In this document: one piece after another, positions 51,769 to 63,857 of the stretch
Numbering within the stretch: position 1 is the first letter of the stretch
Layout of the letters: every line of letters begins with the position of its first letter
NCBI GenBank assembly: GCA_963713825.1
Contig: CAVQNG010000003.1
Span: 992,001 to 1,056,000 of the forward strand
Direction of reading: 5' to 3'
Origin: an uncultured Acidobacteriota bacterium
GTDB taxonomy: Bacteria > Acidobacteriota > Thermoanaerobaculia > Multivoradales > JAHEKO01
DNA: 64,000 bases
Position numbers and translations under genes: made by a program
Notes under the pieces: generated by a model
What the model was told of the DNA's origin: nothing
Database searches by the model: none
Seen by the model: only the letters and a program-made list of their open reading frames with translations

Positions 51769-53999
51769 TCGTAGGCTATTGGTGACGACAAAGATGCTGG
51801 ACACGCTCATGGCTGCCGCTGCGAGCATCGGACTCAGCAGGACTCCCAACCAGGGGTAGAGGACTCCAGCCGCCAGCGGGATCAGCGCCACGTTATACGC
51901 ATAGGCCCAGAAGAAGTTGCCAAGGATGGTGCGAAAAGTCTTCGTGCCAAGGCGACGGCATTAACGATACCGCGCAGATCACCGGACATGAGGATCACTT
52001 CGCCGGCCTCGATCGCGATGTCGGTGCCGGTGCCGATAGCGATTCCGACGTCGGCCTGGGCCAGGGCCGGAGCATCATTGATGCCGTCGCCGACAAAGGC
52101 GACCCGATTTCCGTTGGCCTGCAGCCGCTTCACCTCTTCGGCCTTCTGCCCCGGCAGTACCTCTGAGAGTATCCGGTCGATTCCGGCCCGGCGAGCGACG
52201 GCCTTGGCGGTGCGGTCGTTGTCTCCGGTGACCATGGCGACCTGGATTCGCGAGTCTCGAAGTGCCTTCACAGCTTCTGCGCTGCCTTCCTTGAGGGAGT
52301 CCGCGACTGCCAGCACGGCGGCGAGCTCTCCGTCCACAGCGGCGTACAAGGGGGTCTTGGCCTCGTCGGCAAGCTCCTCGGCGATGGTGCCGGCAGCGGT
52401 CAGGTCGACACCGAGTTGCTCCATGTAGCGATCGGCGCCTATATGGATATTGTGTCCCTCGATTCTGGCCTCGAGGCCAAAGCCAGGCTCGGCCTGGAAG
52501 GAATCGGGCCGAGTCCACCGTAGCCCGCGCCGCCGGGCGGCCGCGACGATGGCCTGGGCGATGGGGTGCTCGCTCTGCTCCTCGGCGGCCGCCACCCAGG
52601 CCAGGACTTCCTCTTCAGTGTGGCCGAAAGCGGTCAGATCGGTGAGCTCCGGCCGGCCCCTCGTCAGCGTACCCGTCTTGTCCAGGACAACGATGTCGAC
52701 CTTGGCCAGGGTTTCGAGGGCGGCTCCCCGCCGGAAGAGAACCCCCATCTCGGCACCCCTTCCGGTGCCGACCATGATCGCTGTAGGCGTAGCCAGGCCC
52801 ATCGCGCAAGGGCAGGCGATGACCAGCACGCTGACCGCCGCCACGAAGGCATAGTTGAGAGATGGAGTCGGGCCGAACATCAGCCAGAGGCCGAAGGTCA
52901 GTGCCGCGATAGCGATGACCACCGGGACGAAAACACCGGCGATGCGGTCTGCGAGGCGCTGGATCGGAGGCTTGCCGGCTTGGGCCTCCTGCACAAGGCG
53001 GATGATCTGAGCCAGGACCGTGTCGGCGCCTACGCGGGTGGCCTGAAAGAGGAATGCGCCAGTGCCATTGATCGTGCCGCCGACCACCTCCGACCCGAGC
53101 CCCTTTTCCACCGGCACCGGTTCGCCCGAGATCATGCTCTCGTCGACGAAGCTCGTGCCCTCCGTGACCTGGCCGTCGACGGCGATCTTCTCTCCAGGTC
53201 TGACCTGGACCACATCTCCAGGGACCACCGCTTCGATTGGGACCTCTATCGTCTCGCCACCCCGAATCACTCGTGCCGTCTTGACCTGCAGCCGCATGAG
53301 TTTGCGAATGGCATCCGAGGTGCGACCCTTGGCTCGGGCCTCCAGGAACCTCCCGAACAGGATGAGCGTGATGATGACTGCCGCTGCCTCGAAGTAGAGG
53401 TTGGCGGTCCCTACCGGGAAGAATTGAGGCGCGAGGACAGCGAGCAGGGAGTAGAAATAGGCCGCGGAGCTACCTATCATGACCAGCGAGCTCATCCCAG
53501 GGCTGCCGTGGCGGATCTCGGCCCAGCCTTGCGTGTAGAAGCGTCGCCCAGCAACGAACTGAACGGGTGTTGCCAATAGGAGCTCGATCCAGTGCCACGC
53601 GTTGGCCGGCAGCACGGACAACATCAACTCCTCGAGACCGGGCACCAACATGGGCCCCATGGAGACCGCGAGCAGGGGTAGCGTCAGGGCCGCAGCCAGA
53701 CGCAGATCGCGCAGCAGGTCGCGATGATCCTCCTCGCGAACCGACCTCTCTTCGTCGGCCGTGTCGGGTATCTCGACTGGTACGTAGCCCGCTTTGGTGA
53801 TGGCTTCCTGAATCTGCTGTGGTCCGACTTGCTCGGGCAGGAAGTCGATCGTCGCGCTCTCGGTAGCCAGGTTGACGGTTGCCGACTCGATGCCGGGCTG
53901 CTTTTCGAGGGTACGCTCCACCCGGGCCACGCAGGCGGCGCAGGTCATGCCCCGGATTCCTATCTGGAGCCTGTCGGCTATGGTTTTGCTCTGTGCCAT
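51733..53999 (-). CDS. copA: Cu(I)-translocating P1B-type ATPase; frameshift near 51940
   Basis: [39 protein letters not shown]-terminal [16 protein letters not shown] lies in the shifted frame. Confidence 0.93.
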
Positions 54000-54028
54000 G
54001 GCGATGGTGCTTACTAGCTCTACTTCAG

Positions 54029-54322
54029 TTAGCGGTACTTCAGCACCTCCATGAGCTCGTCGACGATCTCGTCCACATCACCACGCTGCTGGGCCGTGAC
54101 GACGTGGTCCCGCAAATGGCTCCGCAGGACGAGGGCTCCGACCTTGTCGAGGGCTCCGTTGACCGCCTTGATCTGCTTCAGGGCATCGACGCAGTAGACC
54201 GTGTCATCGTCGAGCATGCGGAGAATGCCCTCGACGTGACCCTTGATGGAGAGGAGTCTGCGGCGGGTGTCCTCGCGAGTCTTGGGGTCGAGATGAAGCC
54301 CGTGACACTCGGCGTGGTTCAT
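54029..54322 (-). CDS. csoR: CsoR/RcnR family metal-sensing repressor
   Basis: [13 protein letters not shown]....YC.D...QI.AV..AL..H...HV; lies between copZ and copA. Confidence 0.85.
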   Translation of the reverse strand: MNHAECHGLHLDPKTREDTRRRLLSIKGHVEGILRMLDDDTVYCVDALKQIKAVNGALDKVGALVLRSHLRDHVVTAQQRGDVDEIVDELMEVLKYR

Positions 54323-54522
54323 TGGACGACCTCGGCGCGATAACCCTCTTCCTCGACGGCAGCGATCAGCGCCGCGGTCTCGGCGTTGCCTTCGAGGAGG
54401 GCCTCACCCCGGTCGAGACTCACCTCCAAGACGGTCTCGACTCCAGGAACCCCTTCGAGAGCGCCGGAAACGGCTCGTACGCAGTGCTCGCAGGACATTC
54501 CGTCGATCTTCAGTTTCGTCAT
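54319..54522 (-). CDS. copZ: Copper chaperone
   Basis: GMSCEHC HMA motif, 67 aa. Confidence 0.9.
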   Translation of the reverse strand: MTKLKIDGMSCEHCVRAVSGALEGVPGVETVLEVSLDRGEALLEGNAETAALIAAVEEEGYRAEVVQ

Positions 54523-54558
54523 TGCTTGTTCTCCTGTCGGGTGCAGCGATTCGTCCCA

Positions 54559-54575
54559 CCCCACCCGGGGAGGGG
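54559..54575. promoter_or_regulatory. Possible CsoR operator (C-tract/G-tract palindrome)
   Basis: CCCCACCC-G-GGGAGGGG about 37 bp upstream of copZ. CsoR sites are typically G/C-tract pseudo-palindromes. Confidence 0.45.
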
Positions 54576-54635
54576 CATGGTCGCGATTCTAGAGCATGAT
54601 CGGGACTCACTTCGATAGACCTTGGGGGAATGTCG

Positions 54636-54842
54636 TCAGGCAGCCGTCCGGGCGGATGGCTCTTCTTCTATCGCCCGGTCACGGTTGGGGCAGGTGGCGC
54701 AGTTCAGCGATTGCCCATCAGGACCGAGGACGTCGGGGCCACCGCAAGAGCCTCGTAGGCAACGATTGCTCAGCAGCACGCCCACCGACATGCCCAGCAT
54801 GGCGACTGCGATGACCACGGCGCTCAGGATGAATAACTGCAT
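54636..54842 (-). CDS. nqrM: Na+-NQR maturation factor
   Basis: One TM segment, MSVGV....LRGSCGG...C..C; downstream of nqrF/apbE. Confidence 0.8.
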   Translation of the reverse strand: MQLFILSAVVIAVAMLGMSVGVLLSNRCLRGSCGGPDVLGPDGQSLNCATCPNRDRAIEEEPSARTAA

Positions 54843-54891
54843 CTCACTGATCCTAACAATTCCTACGGTGCGGCAATTCCTGAGTCCCGCC

Positions 54892-55884
54892 TCAATCCTC
54901 AGTGCGAGGCCTTCGCCGGAAAGACCTTGCCAGGGCTCGTGCAAAAGCACCCAATCGGACTTCCAGTGGATGGAGCCAATCGCGCAAGGGGGAATCGTAG
55001 AGGCGAAACAGTGCTCCCCTGAGGCTGGCTGGTGGTCGCCAACCGCGCCAATCGGTGCGGTCCAGATACTCGTAGAACAGCTCGTCGCTGGGTTTCTGAG
55101 CCCGGTAGTCCCATGGCTTGAGGCGTCCGCCGAAGTGAAAGATCCACGGATCGCGAGACATTTTCTCGACCGTGGCAGCGTCGAGGTGGCGGGCCGCCAA
55201 GCGGGGTCGTTGCAGGAGTCGGGGGTGGATCTGCCAACGTGGGTCGAGCTCGCCCCACCTGTCGTGGAGGACAGCGTTGAGCACATCCTGGTCGCCGAAG
55301 CGAATGCTGTCACCGAAACGGGCGACAAAGTCCGCCGCCGCACGAGGAATCTCGTCGCGACGCCATTTTGCGATATCGATCAGCATCACAGCTGAGTTCA
55401 GATAGGGGGCCCGAGGTGGAAGCCCGGCGCTCTTCCACTCGACCAGACCATCCGGATGCGACAGGGTAGGGACAAACGGGTCCCGCGTCGCCAGGGCATG
55501 ATGGTCGCCTAACGACTGTTGCCACAAGCGGCCCAGGTCGGTCATCACCAGGACATCCGGATCGAGGAAGATCAGGCGATCCCAGTCCTCCGGCACGTAG
55601 CTCGGGGCGGCAAGACGAGCCATGTAGATAGGCGCGAGCCCAGGCGCTTCTGGTAACTCGATCCGGCCTCCAAGATCTACTGGCAGCCACTCGACAGTCG
55701 TGCGTTCCAGATTCCACGATCGCAATAGGCGCTCTTTGGATCGGGCGGAAATCCCGTCTTCGATGATCCTGACCACCAGGGACTGGCCGGTTCCGAGGTT
55801 GTCGGTCATCGAGCGGACAGCCGCGGCGAGCCGCAGCAGATAGCTCTCCCGGCCGATCACCATCACCCGAACGGGATCCGCCAT
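54892..55884 (-). CDS. Glycosyltransferase family 8
   Basis: LIFLDPDVLV (DxD), YLNSAVMLID, DQDVLN, HFGG..KPW. Confidence 0.88.
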   Translation of the reverse strand: MADPVRVMVIGRESYLLRLAAAVRSMTDNLGTGQSLVVRIIEDGISARSKERLLRSWNLERTTVEWLPVDLGGRIELPEAPGLAPIYMARLAAPSYVPEDWDRLIFLDPDVLVMTDLGRLWQQSLGDHHALATRDPFVPTLSHPDGLVEWKSAGLPPRAPYLNSAVMLIDIAKWRRDEIPRAAADFVARFGDSIRFGDQDVLNAVLHDRWGELDPRWQIHPRLLQRPRLAARHLDAATVEKMSRDPWIFHFGGRLKPWDYRAQKPSDELFYEYLDRTDWRGWRPPASLRGALFRLYDSPLRDWLHPLEVRLGAFARALARSFRRRPRTED

Positions 55885-55948
55885 GGCGCGCTCTGCCTCG
55901 GAGCTTTCCGACGCGGCTTCTTCAGCGCTGGTCAACAAAGGGGGATTC

Positions 55949-57034
55949 TCAGTTTGCGACCAAGCTCGAGAACGCGGTTGTCCTGCGCTCCGCGAAGTCT
56001 CCAGCGGGACTACGCGTCAGGAAATAGGCTGCCAGACCGAGCTCTTCCGCCAGCTCATAGCCCTCGGGGCCGAGGACCAGCAGGGCGGTTGCGAACGCGT
56101 CTGCCTGCACGCACTCCCGATGGATAACCGTGACGGAGGCCACAGAGTGGCTGATGGGCCAACCGGTGCGAGGATCGATCGTGTGGGAAATGCGTTTGCC
56201 GCCCTCTTCGTAGTAGTTCCGATAGTCCCCAGAAGTGGCCATGGAGAGGTTCCTCAGCGGGATGACGACCTCAATCGCTTGCCGGCTGGGGTCGGGTTTT
56301 TCAATGGCGATCTGCCAAGGATTGCCGTTCGGGTTCGAGCCCAGGGTACGGATCTCGCCCCCGACCTCGACCATGTAGTGTTGGATGTCCTCGCTTTCCA
56401 GGGCTTCAGCCACCTGATCCACACCAAACCCCTTCGCAATCGCGGACAGATCCATGGTGAGCTGTGGAACGAGCTTGCGAACGGCAGGCCCGTCGGGCAG
56501 AAGCTGGAGGAACTCCCATCCGGTCATCATGAGCAATCGGTCGATGGCCTGCTGATCGGGTGCCTCGGTGGGCCTGCCGGGTGGTCCGAACCCCCAGGCG
56601 TCGACCAACGGTCCGATGGTGACATCGAAAGCGCCACCGGTGAGTTGGCTGATCCGGAGGGCGTGGTTGAGTACCTCGAAGGTCTCCTGTGAGATCGAAT
56701 AGGGCTCGACGCTGTGCCATTGGTTGAGCAGCGTCAATTCGGAATCGCCGAGGTAGTGGGACATCTTGGAGTTCACCTCGGCGAGCTTGCTCTGGATCAA
56801 CTTCTGGAGGACGGCTCGGCGCTCGTCGTCGAGGTCTTTGGCCACGACCTTGACCGTGTAATCGGTGCCCATCGTGGGCCCTGAGAACGTATGGAGCCGT
56901 GGCCCCTGGGGCCTCTGTCCGCAGGACAGGAGTAAACCTGTCGCCGCCAACAGGGGCAGCGACAGCCAGAGGAAGTAGGGCAATCGGGCAGTAGGGGCGT
57001 AGGGCTTCGAGACACTGCGGTCTATGCGGATCAT
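55949..57034 (-). CDS. apbE: FAD:protein FMN transferase
   Basis: TMGT, GAFDVT.GPL...WGF, DLSAIAKG, ATSGDYRN, SHTIDPRTG, ADAFATAL. Confidence 0.93.
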   Translation of the reverse strand: MIRIDRSVSKPYAPTARLPYFLWLSLPLLAATGLLLSCGQRPQGPRLHTFSGPTMGTDYTVKVVAKDLDDERRAVLQKLIQSKLAEVNSKMSHYLGDSELTLLNQWHSVEPYSISQETFEVLNHALRISQLTGGAFDVTIGPLVDAWGFGPPGRPTEAPDQQAIDRLLMMTGWEFLQLLPDGPAVRKLVPQLTMDLSAIAKGFGVDQVAEALESEDIQHYMVEVGGEIRTLGSNPNGNPWQIAIEKPDPSRQAIEVVIPLRNLSMATSGDYRNYYEEGGKRISHTIDPRTGWPISHSVASVTVIHRECVQADAFATALLVLGPEGYELAEELGLAAYFLTRSPAGDFAERRTTAFSSLVAN

Positions 57035-57183
57035 TGCCGGATGGCCTTCCTGTCAGTTCCCATGCGAGAGGATCTCTCGTGAGACACCGTCCCTGACAGG
57101 TCTTGTCCTGTCCACCAACACCCTACTACCAGAGTACTAGGCCTGTCTGTGATCTCGGTGCTGGGGTCTGCGCCCCTGGGCCC

Positions 57184-57211
57184 CCAAGCCCCAGGACCCA
57201 AGTCCCAGGTC
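57184..57211. repeat. Heptamer tandem repeat (CCAAGCC/CCAGGAC/CCAAGTC/CCAGGTC)
   Basis: Four units. Reverse-complement relative of the heptamers at 16331 and same-strand relative of those at ~7582-7602. Confidence 0.55.
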
Positions 57212-57227
57212 GGATGGATGGGTGGGA

Positions 57228-58455
57228 TCACCCGAAATCGTCGTAGAGGACGTTCTCTTCTTCGACCCCCAGGTCCTCGAACATATTGCGGCAGGCCGAG
57301 AGCATCAGCGGCGGGCCGCACAGGTAGTACTCGATGTCCTCGGGGGCAGGATGGTCCTTGAGGTAGTTGTCGTAGACCACCTGATGAATGAAGCCGGTCA
57401 TGCCGGTCCAGTTGTCCTCGGGCAGCGGCTCCGAAAGCGCCAGATGCCACGTGAAGTTGGGGTGCTTCGCCGCGAGCTCGTCGAACTCGTCCTGATAGAA
57501 GGCTTCGCGCAAGCTGCGGGCTCCGTACCAGAATGTGATCTTGCGCTTGCTGTTCAGCCGCTTGAGCTGGTCGAAGATGTGGGAGCGCATCGGTGCCATG
57601 CCGGCACCACCACCGATGAACATCATCTCGGCATCGGTGTCCTTGGCGTAGAACTCGCCGTAGGGGCCGGAGATGGTCACTTCGTCACCCGGCTTGAGAT
57701 TGAAGATGTAGGAGGACATCTTGCCAGGTGGTGTGCCTTCGGGTGCTCTCGGCGGCGGCGAGGCTACCCGCACGTTGAGCAGAATGGTGCCTTTCTCCTC
57801 GCGGGTAGTTGGCCATCGAGTAGGCTCGCGTGACTTCCTCGTCCACCTTCGAAACGAAGCGCCACATGTCGAACTTGTCCCATTCTTCGCGGTACTCGTC
57901 GTCGATCACGAAGTCCTTGTACTTCGCTACGTGAGGTGGGCTCTCGATCTGGATGTAGCCGCCGGCCCGGAAGGGGACTTCGTCGCCTTCCGGGAGCTGC
58001 AGCTTGAGCTCCTTGATGAAGGTGGCGACGTTCTTGTTGGAGACTACGGTGCACTTCCACTTGCGGACACTGAAGACCTCGGGTGGCAGCTCGATTTCCA
58101 TGTCGCCTTTGACCTTGACCTGACAGGACAGGCGGACACCCTCTCGCGCCTCGCCCCGATTGATGTGGCTGACTTCGGTAGGCAGCATGGCGCCGCCGCC
58201 CTTCGTCACGGTGACCTTGCAGACTCCGCAGCTTCCCTTGCCGCCACAGGCCGAGGGGATGAAGATCTTGTTGCCCGACAGCGTGCCCAGCAGAGTGCTG
58301 CCCGCAGCTGTCTTCAGAGCCTTGTCCATATCGTCGTTGACGAGGATGGTCACCTCGCCCGTGGCCACCAGCTTGCTCCGGGCAACCATGAGGAACGCCA
58401 CCAACGCCACGATGACGAAGGTGAACATGAATACGCCGAGTGCGATGGTAGTCAT
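57228..58455 (-). CDS. nqrF: Na+-translocating NADH:quinone reductase subunit F; frameshift near 57800
   Basis: [50 protein letters not shown]. Confidence 0.95.
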
Positions 58456-58459
58456 GGTT

Positions 58460-59077
58460 CTAGAGTTGGATTCCACCAAAGGCCATGAAGCCGATGGCCA
58501 TCAGGCCGGTGATAATGAATGTGATACCCAGGCCGCGCAGCGCAGCCGGAATGTCGTGATAGCGAAGACGCTCGCGAATGGCCGCCAGCGCCACAATAGC
58601 CAGGGCCCAACCTATCCCTGAGCTGATGCCGAAGACCGTGCTCTCGGCGAGGGTGTAGTCACGCTCCACCATCCAGAGCGATGCACCGAGAATGGCGCAG
58701 TTGACCGCGATGAGCGGTAAGAAGACACCCAGGGCGGCATAGAGCTTCGGCATATAGCGATCGAGCACCATCTCGACGATCTGGACCATGGCAGCGATGG
58801 TGCCGATGTAGGTGAGGAAGCCGAGAAAGGAGAGGTCGTACTGGGCCAGATTCGGGCTGATCCAGGCGAGCGCACCCTCTTGCAGCAAATAGTTGTAAAT
58901 CAGGTTGTTCATCGGCACCGTGATGCCGAGCACGAAGATGACGGCGGAGCCCAGACCGAGGGCGGTCTCGACCTTGCGGGAGACGGCGAGGAACGAGCAC
59001 ATGCCCAGGAAGAAGGCAAGGGCCATGTTCTCGACGAAGATGGATTTGACGGCGAGGCTCAGATAGTGCTCTACCAT
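58460..59077 (-). CDS. nqrE: Na+-NQR subunit E
   Basis: [12 protein letters not shown] and [11 protein letters not shown]. Confidence 0.95.
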   Translation of the reverse strand: MVEHYLSLAVKSIFVENMALAFFLGMCSFLAVSRKVETALGLGSAVIFVLGITVPMNNLIYNYLLQEGALAWISPNLAQYDLSFLGFLTYIGTIAAMVQIVEMVLDRYMPKLYAALGVFLPLIAVNCAILGASLWMVERDYTLAESTVFGISSGIGWALAIVALAAIRERLRYHDIPAALRGLGITFIITGLMAIGFMAFGGIQL

Positions 59078-59078
59078 C

Positions 59079-59702
59079 TCAGTCTTCCTCCACCTGGTCC
59101 GGTTTCCAGACCCTGAGGCCCCATATCAAGAAGCCGATAATGAAGAAGGCGGCCGGCGAGTACAGCATCATGCCGTTGGGGTTGTACCAACCACCATCCG
59201 AGACGAGAGGCATGACCTGTTTGCCGAACAGGGAGCCGGAGCCGAAGAACTCTCGCAGGAAAGCGGTGATCATCAGGATGAGTGCGTAGCCCAGGCCGTT
59301 ACCGATACCGTCCAACAGGCTCATGCCCGGTGGGTTGGCCATGGCGTAGGCCTCCGCCCGCCCCATGATGATGCAGTTGGTGATGATGAGACCGACGAAC
59401 ACCGACAGCTGCTTCGAGATGTCCCAGAGATAGGCCTTGAGGATCTGATCGGTGACGATCACCAACGAGGCGATGACCGTCAACTGGACGATAATCCGGA
59501 TGTTGGTGGGGATGCTATTTCGCATCAGGCTGATGAAGACGTTGGACAGCGTCAGCACGCAGATCACGGCGATGCTCATGACCAGGGACGTGTCCATGCG
59601 AGTCGTCACCGCCAGCGCCGAGCAAATGCCAAGCACCTGTAGGGTGATCGGGTTCTCGTTGAACAGGGGATCGACCAGCGCTTCCTGAGTCTTGCTTGCC
59701 AT
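59079..59702 (-). CDS. nqrD: Na+-NQR subunit D
   Basis: [16 protein letters not shown] and [18 protein letters not shown]. Confidence 0.95.
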   Translation of the reverse strand: MASKTQEALVDPLFNENPITLQVLGICSALAVTTRMDTSLVMSIAVICVLTLSNVFISLMRNSIPTNIRIIVQLTVIASLVIVTDQILKAYLWDISKQLSVFVGLIITNCIIMGRAEAYAMANPPGMSLLDGIGNGLGYALILMITAFLREFFGSGSLFGKQVMPLVSDGGWYNPNGMMLYSPAAFFIIGFLIWGLRVWKPDQVEED

Positions 59703-60477
59703 CAGGTCGCCCTCCTTTGCGAAAGGTTCTCAGGTAGGGGCCGAGGACCTCGTCCCCCAGCCAGAAGTGCACCAGGTTGGTGACCCCCCGGGCCGTGAGA
59801 GTGGCTCCTGACAGGCCGTCGACCCGGTAGGGGTCCTCGGCGGGCGGACCGGCAGGACCTTTGATCACCGTGATCTTCGGTTCGCCGTCGTCGCCGAAGG
59901 CTTTCCGACCCACCCAGCGCGCTTTCCATTTGGGGTTGTCCACCTCGCCTCCGAGGCCGGGCGTTTCGCCATGTTGATAAAACGTGATGCCGCGGACTGT
60001 GTCGACGTCGTTGTCGAGGGCGATAAAGCCGTACAGCGTGGACCAGAGTCCGTAGCCTTCGATGGGTAGCACGATGGCCTCGACCCCGGCATCGCCGAGA
60101 ACCTCGTAAACCAGCACGTCGTCCGGCAGCCGCTGGACCAGGGCTCGATTCGCCGGCGCGACGCTGCTCGTAGCCGGGTCCTTGGCCGCTCGAGCCTGAT
60201 CGAAGGTGACGGGGTCGATGTCCGCGTTCTCCTCACCGGTCTCGAGGTTGACGACAACCATGCGGATGTTGTCGAAGCGGTGTTGGACCTCGGCCGCGTC
60301 GACCTTTTCGCCGGCTTCCAGGAGGCCTGCCGCCAGCAGTACGTTGCGCTGCTTCTCGAGGGCGGCGTTGATGTCCTGGGCGGGCTTCAGGGAAACGGCT
60401 GCCGAGGAGACGACGATCGCACAGATGATGCAGACCGCCGTGGCGAAGAGGATCGTATAGAGCGCGTTACGTTGCAT
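59702..60477 (-). CDS. nqrC: Na+-NQR subunit C; probable frameshift just before the stop
   Basis: [28 protein letters not shown] (FMN-Thr). The ORF runs on into nqrD, whereas a TGATG overlap exists at 59700-59704. Confidence 0.92.
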
Positions 60478-61684
60478 AGCGTCGCATTCTCCGTTTGACA
60501 TTGCCGACCACCACGAAGTGGTCGATCAATGGGGCCATGACGTTCATGAGGAGAATTGCCAGCATCATGCCTTCCGGGTAGGCCGGGTTGACGACCCGGA
60601 TCAGCACGACGAGGACTCCGATCAGAAAGCCGTAGATCCACCGACCCTTGTCAGTCTGTGCCGCCGAGACCGGGTCGGTGGCCATGAAGACCATACCGAA
60701 AGCCCAGCCGCCGAGGACGAAATGCCACCAGAATGGGGTCGCGAAGAAGGGGTTCGTATCGGAGCCGATGGCGTTGAGCCCCAGCACCATGACGACAGTG
60801 CCGAGGACGACTCCGGTCATGATGCGCCAAGAGGCAACCCGGGTGACCAATAAGATGACCGCTCCGATCAGGCAGGCCAGAACCGACGTCTCTCCCATGG
60901 AGCCCGGAATGAAGCCCAGGAAGGCGTCTCTTAAGGAAACTCCCTGGGCGACGGCAGCCTGCCCCTGCTCGGCTGCCGTGGCCAGCCAGGTGGCCCCACT
61001 GACCCCGTCGGCGCTGGTTTGTGCGGCGATCCACACGGAGTCTCCCGAGATCTCAATCGGGTAAGCGAAGAACAAGAAAGCCCGGGACAGCAAGGCCACG
61101 TTGAGGAAGTTCATTCCGGTGCCGCCAAAGATCTCCTTGCCCAGCACGACGCCGAAACTGATTCCCATCGCGACCTGCCAGAGAGGGATGGTTGCCGGCA
61201 GAATGAGAGGGAAGAGAAAGCCCGTAACAAAGAATCCCTCGGCCACCTCGTGCTTGCGAATCGAGGAGAAGAGGACCTCCCAGAAGCCGCCAGCTGCAAA
61301 GGTCACGATCAGCACGGGGAAGAAATATAGTGCGCCATGCACCATGCAGGCCCAGATGCTTCCCGGGTCGAAGCCCAGACCCATCGCTTCCATGGCGCTG
61401 GTCTGCCAACGATCCAGGGGTGCTGCACCCTTGGAAATCGCCAGGTGAGCCTGGTAGCCGGTGTTGTAGAGCGCCATCAGGATGGCAGGAACCAGGGCCC
61501 AGACGACGGTCATCATCATCCGCTTGAGATCGAGGCCGTCGCGCACGTGGGACGGGCCAGTGGTCACCTTCCCCGGCGTATAGAGGATGGTGTCTCCGGC
61601 CTCCCAGAGGGCGTGCAGCTTCTCGAGCTTCCCGCCCGCCTCGAAGTGCTTGGCCTGTTGGTCTAGTAACGAACGGAGAGACAC
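60467..61684 (-). CDS. nqrB: Na+-NQR subunit B
   Basis: [41 protein letters not shown]. Confidence 0.95.
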   Translation of the reverse strand: MSLRSLLDQQAKHFEAGGKLEKLHALWEAGDTILYTPGKVTTGPSHVRDGLDLKRMMMTVVWALVPAILMALYNTGYQAHLAISKGAAPLDRWQTSAMEAMGLGFDPGSIWACMVHGALYFFPVLIVTFAAGGFWEVLFSSIRKHEVAEGFFVTGFLFPLILPATIPLWQVAMGISFGVVLGKEIFGGTGMNFLNVALLSRAFLFFAYPIEISGDSVWIAAQTSADGVSGATWLATAAEQGQAAVAQGVSLRDAFLGFIPGSMGETSVLACLIGAVILLVTRVASWRIMTGVVLGTVVMVLGLNAIGSDTNPFFATPFWWHFVLGGWAFGMVFMATDPVSAAQTDKGRWIYGFLIGVLVVLIRVVNPAYPEGMMLAILLMNVMAPLIDHFVVVGNVKRRMRRYAT

Positions 61685-61686
61685 GA

Positions 61687-63069
61687 TCAGCCTTCCTTTT
61701 CAATGAGAGTCAGGACGTCTCGCAGATACGGTCCGTAGTCGTTCTTGCCTGGACAGACGAAGGAGCACAAAGCCACGTCCTCCTCCGCCAGTTCGAGGCA
61801 ACCGAGCCTCTCGGCAGTCTCGACGTCGCGCATCAGCAGGGATTTGAGAAGTTGTGTCGGCATCAGGTCGAAAGGCATGACTTTCTCGTACGTGCCGATC
61901 GGTACGATGGCGCGCTTCGATCCATGTGTCGAAGTCGTGAAGGCGAAGCGCTTGCCTGGAATGAGAGCTCCCAGATGGGTCTTGACGACGGAGTACTTGT
62001 CGCTGCCAGGCGTCAGCCAGCCCAGGAATTCCCGTTCTCTTCCTTCGGCCAGCACGGTGAACTTGATTGTCGTAGCGACCCTAGAAATCCAAGCTCGTCA
62101 CCTCGCGCGATACGGCCGGAGAGCGCCGAGCCCGAGATGACCCGGACCTCACCCTCGCTGAGCTCCCCGTCCACCAGGGCATCGGTCGAGGCGCCGATGC
62201 GGGTGCGAAGCAGGCGCGGCTGCTTGACCATCGGCCCGGCGAGTGAGATGACGCGATCCAGATAGAGCTCACCCGAATCGAAGAGCTCGCCGATCGCCAC
62301 GACGTCTTGATATCCGAGATACCAGACCAACTTACTGCGATCGACCGGATCGAGTTTGTGAATGTGATAGCCAACGGTGCCGGATGGGTGTGGGCCACTG
62401 AACTGTTCGACCTGGATGCGACTTTCGTCGGGAAGGTCGAGTGAGATCCCAGGTTCGGTGCAAACGAAGACCGTGCCTTCGGTGAGCTTGGCGATCGCGG
62501 CCAGTCCGAGCTGGAAGCGGTGACCCTGGTCGGTCATGGCCACGGCGACCGACGGAGCCAGGGGATTGGAGTCGGTTACGGTGACAAAAATAGAATGGGG
62601 TTGACCCTCGGGATTGGCCACTCGAGCGAAGGGTCTGCCTCGCAGGGCCGTCCACATCCCCGATTCGATCAGCAGTTGCCTTACCGCGTCGCCGGCCAAG
62701 CTCGCCGGGTGCTTACCGGTGTAGTTGCTGAAAGCATACCTGCTCGGCGCCACCACTGCGGCCTTCGAGCTCGGATCGGCTGAGCTCGATGACCATGGAT
62801 TGGAAGACGCGTTTCTCGCCACGGTTGACCGCCACCACCTTGCCGGCTCCCGGTGCCGTGAAGCGAACTCCCGGCATCTTCTTGTCTTCGAAGAGCAGCT
62901 GACCGCGCTTGACGGTCTCTCCCACCTTGGCGTGCAGGGTGGGCCGAAGGCCGGGATAGTCGGCCCCCAGGAGGGCGATACGAGTGGGCGTGCGGGCGGC
63001 TTCGACCTGCTGTGTGGGCTCACCCTGAATGGGCAGACGCAGGCCACGTTTCGACTTGTGCAGTGCCAT
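61687..63069 (-). CDS. nqrA: Na+-NQR subunit A; frameshifts near 62735, 62080 and 62060
   Basis: [47 protein letters not shown], spread across three ORFs. Confidence 0.92.
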
Positions 63070-63314
63070 CGGATTTGAGTTCCGCTGCGGAGTTAGGTCT
63101 ATTGGGGCGGCGGCTCCCGGCGTCGTCGACATGTGGGCGGGAGCACACCACGACTCGGGCCTTGATTCTTCCATCTTGTGAGAAAAAAGGCTAGCCATCG
63201 AACCCACAATCTCGTTCGCCCTCTGGTAGCATCGCGTTGGAGTCAGGTGATTGACAGCGGCTTCGCTTGTCCTTCGAAACGGGACGCCCGAAGCGGTTGC
63301 CAGGGAGGCGAGAA

Positions 63315-63857
63315 ATGGACAAGTCGAAGATCCCAACGGCCCGTCAACTCATGGAGAAGGTGCCAACCACCTTTCCTCCGGATATGAGCCTTGTCGAAGC
63401 CATCGAGACGCTGGCGGAGATGCACATTGCAGCGGCCCCGGTGGTCGATGACGACAAGTGCTTTCTCGGCATGTTGACCGACAAGGACTGCCTTCGCATC
63501 GTCTCGATCTCAGCGTTTCATCGACCCCGAGGCGGCAGGGTCGCAGACTTCCTGTCACCGGTATCGCAGGCCGTCGAGATCGAGATGGACCTGTTCCGAA
63601 TCGCCGAGATTTTCTTGACCACCCACTTCACCGTCCTGCCGGTTCTCGAGCGCGGCAGACTGGTGGGCTGCATCAACCGCGAGGGTCTGCTCAATGGCAT
63701 CACCTTCCTTACCAAGGTGTTGGAAGACGAAGGTGTCAAGGTCGAGGTGGAAGCCAGCGAGGCAATGGTGCGTCCGAGCTCGATCGGCGACCTGCAGCAG
63801 GCGTTCGCCAGGCTCTCCAAGGAACAGTTGGTCCGACGTGTCGGACGCCGCAGCTGA
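63315..63857 (+). CDS. CBS domain-containing protein
   Basis: APVVDD....GMLTDKD and LPVLE.G.LVG.I.R. Confidence 0.85.
   Translation: MDKSKIPTARQLMEKVPTTFPPDMSLVEAIETLAEMHIAAAPVVDDDKCFLGMLTDKDCLRIVSISAFHRPRGGRVADFLSPVSQAVEIEMDLFRIAEIFLTTHFTVLPVLERGRLVGCINREGLLNGITFLTKVLEDEGVKVEVEASEAMVRPSSIGDLQQAFARLSKEQLVRRVGRRS

Noticed and set aside
51733-53999. Programmed frameshift in copA, as in E. coli CopA(Z)
   Set aside because: The shift is near the 3' end rather than after the metal-binding domain, and a separate copZ exists. Most likely an indel error.
63070-63314. Riboswitch or Rex site upstream of nqrA
   Set aside because: Only a TTGTGA half-site and generic GC hairpins. I could not recognise an aptamer consensus; an Rfam scan would be needed.
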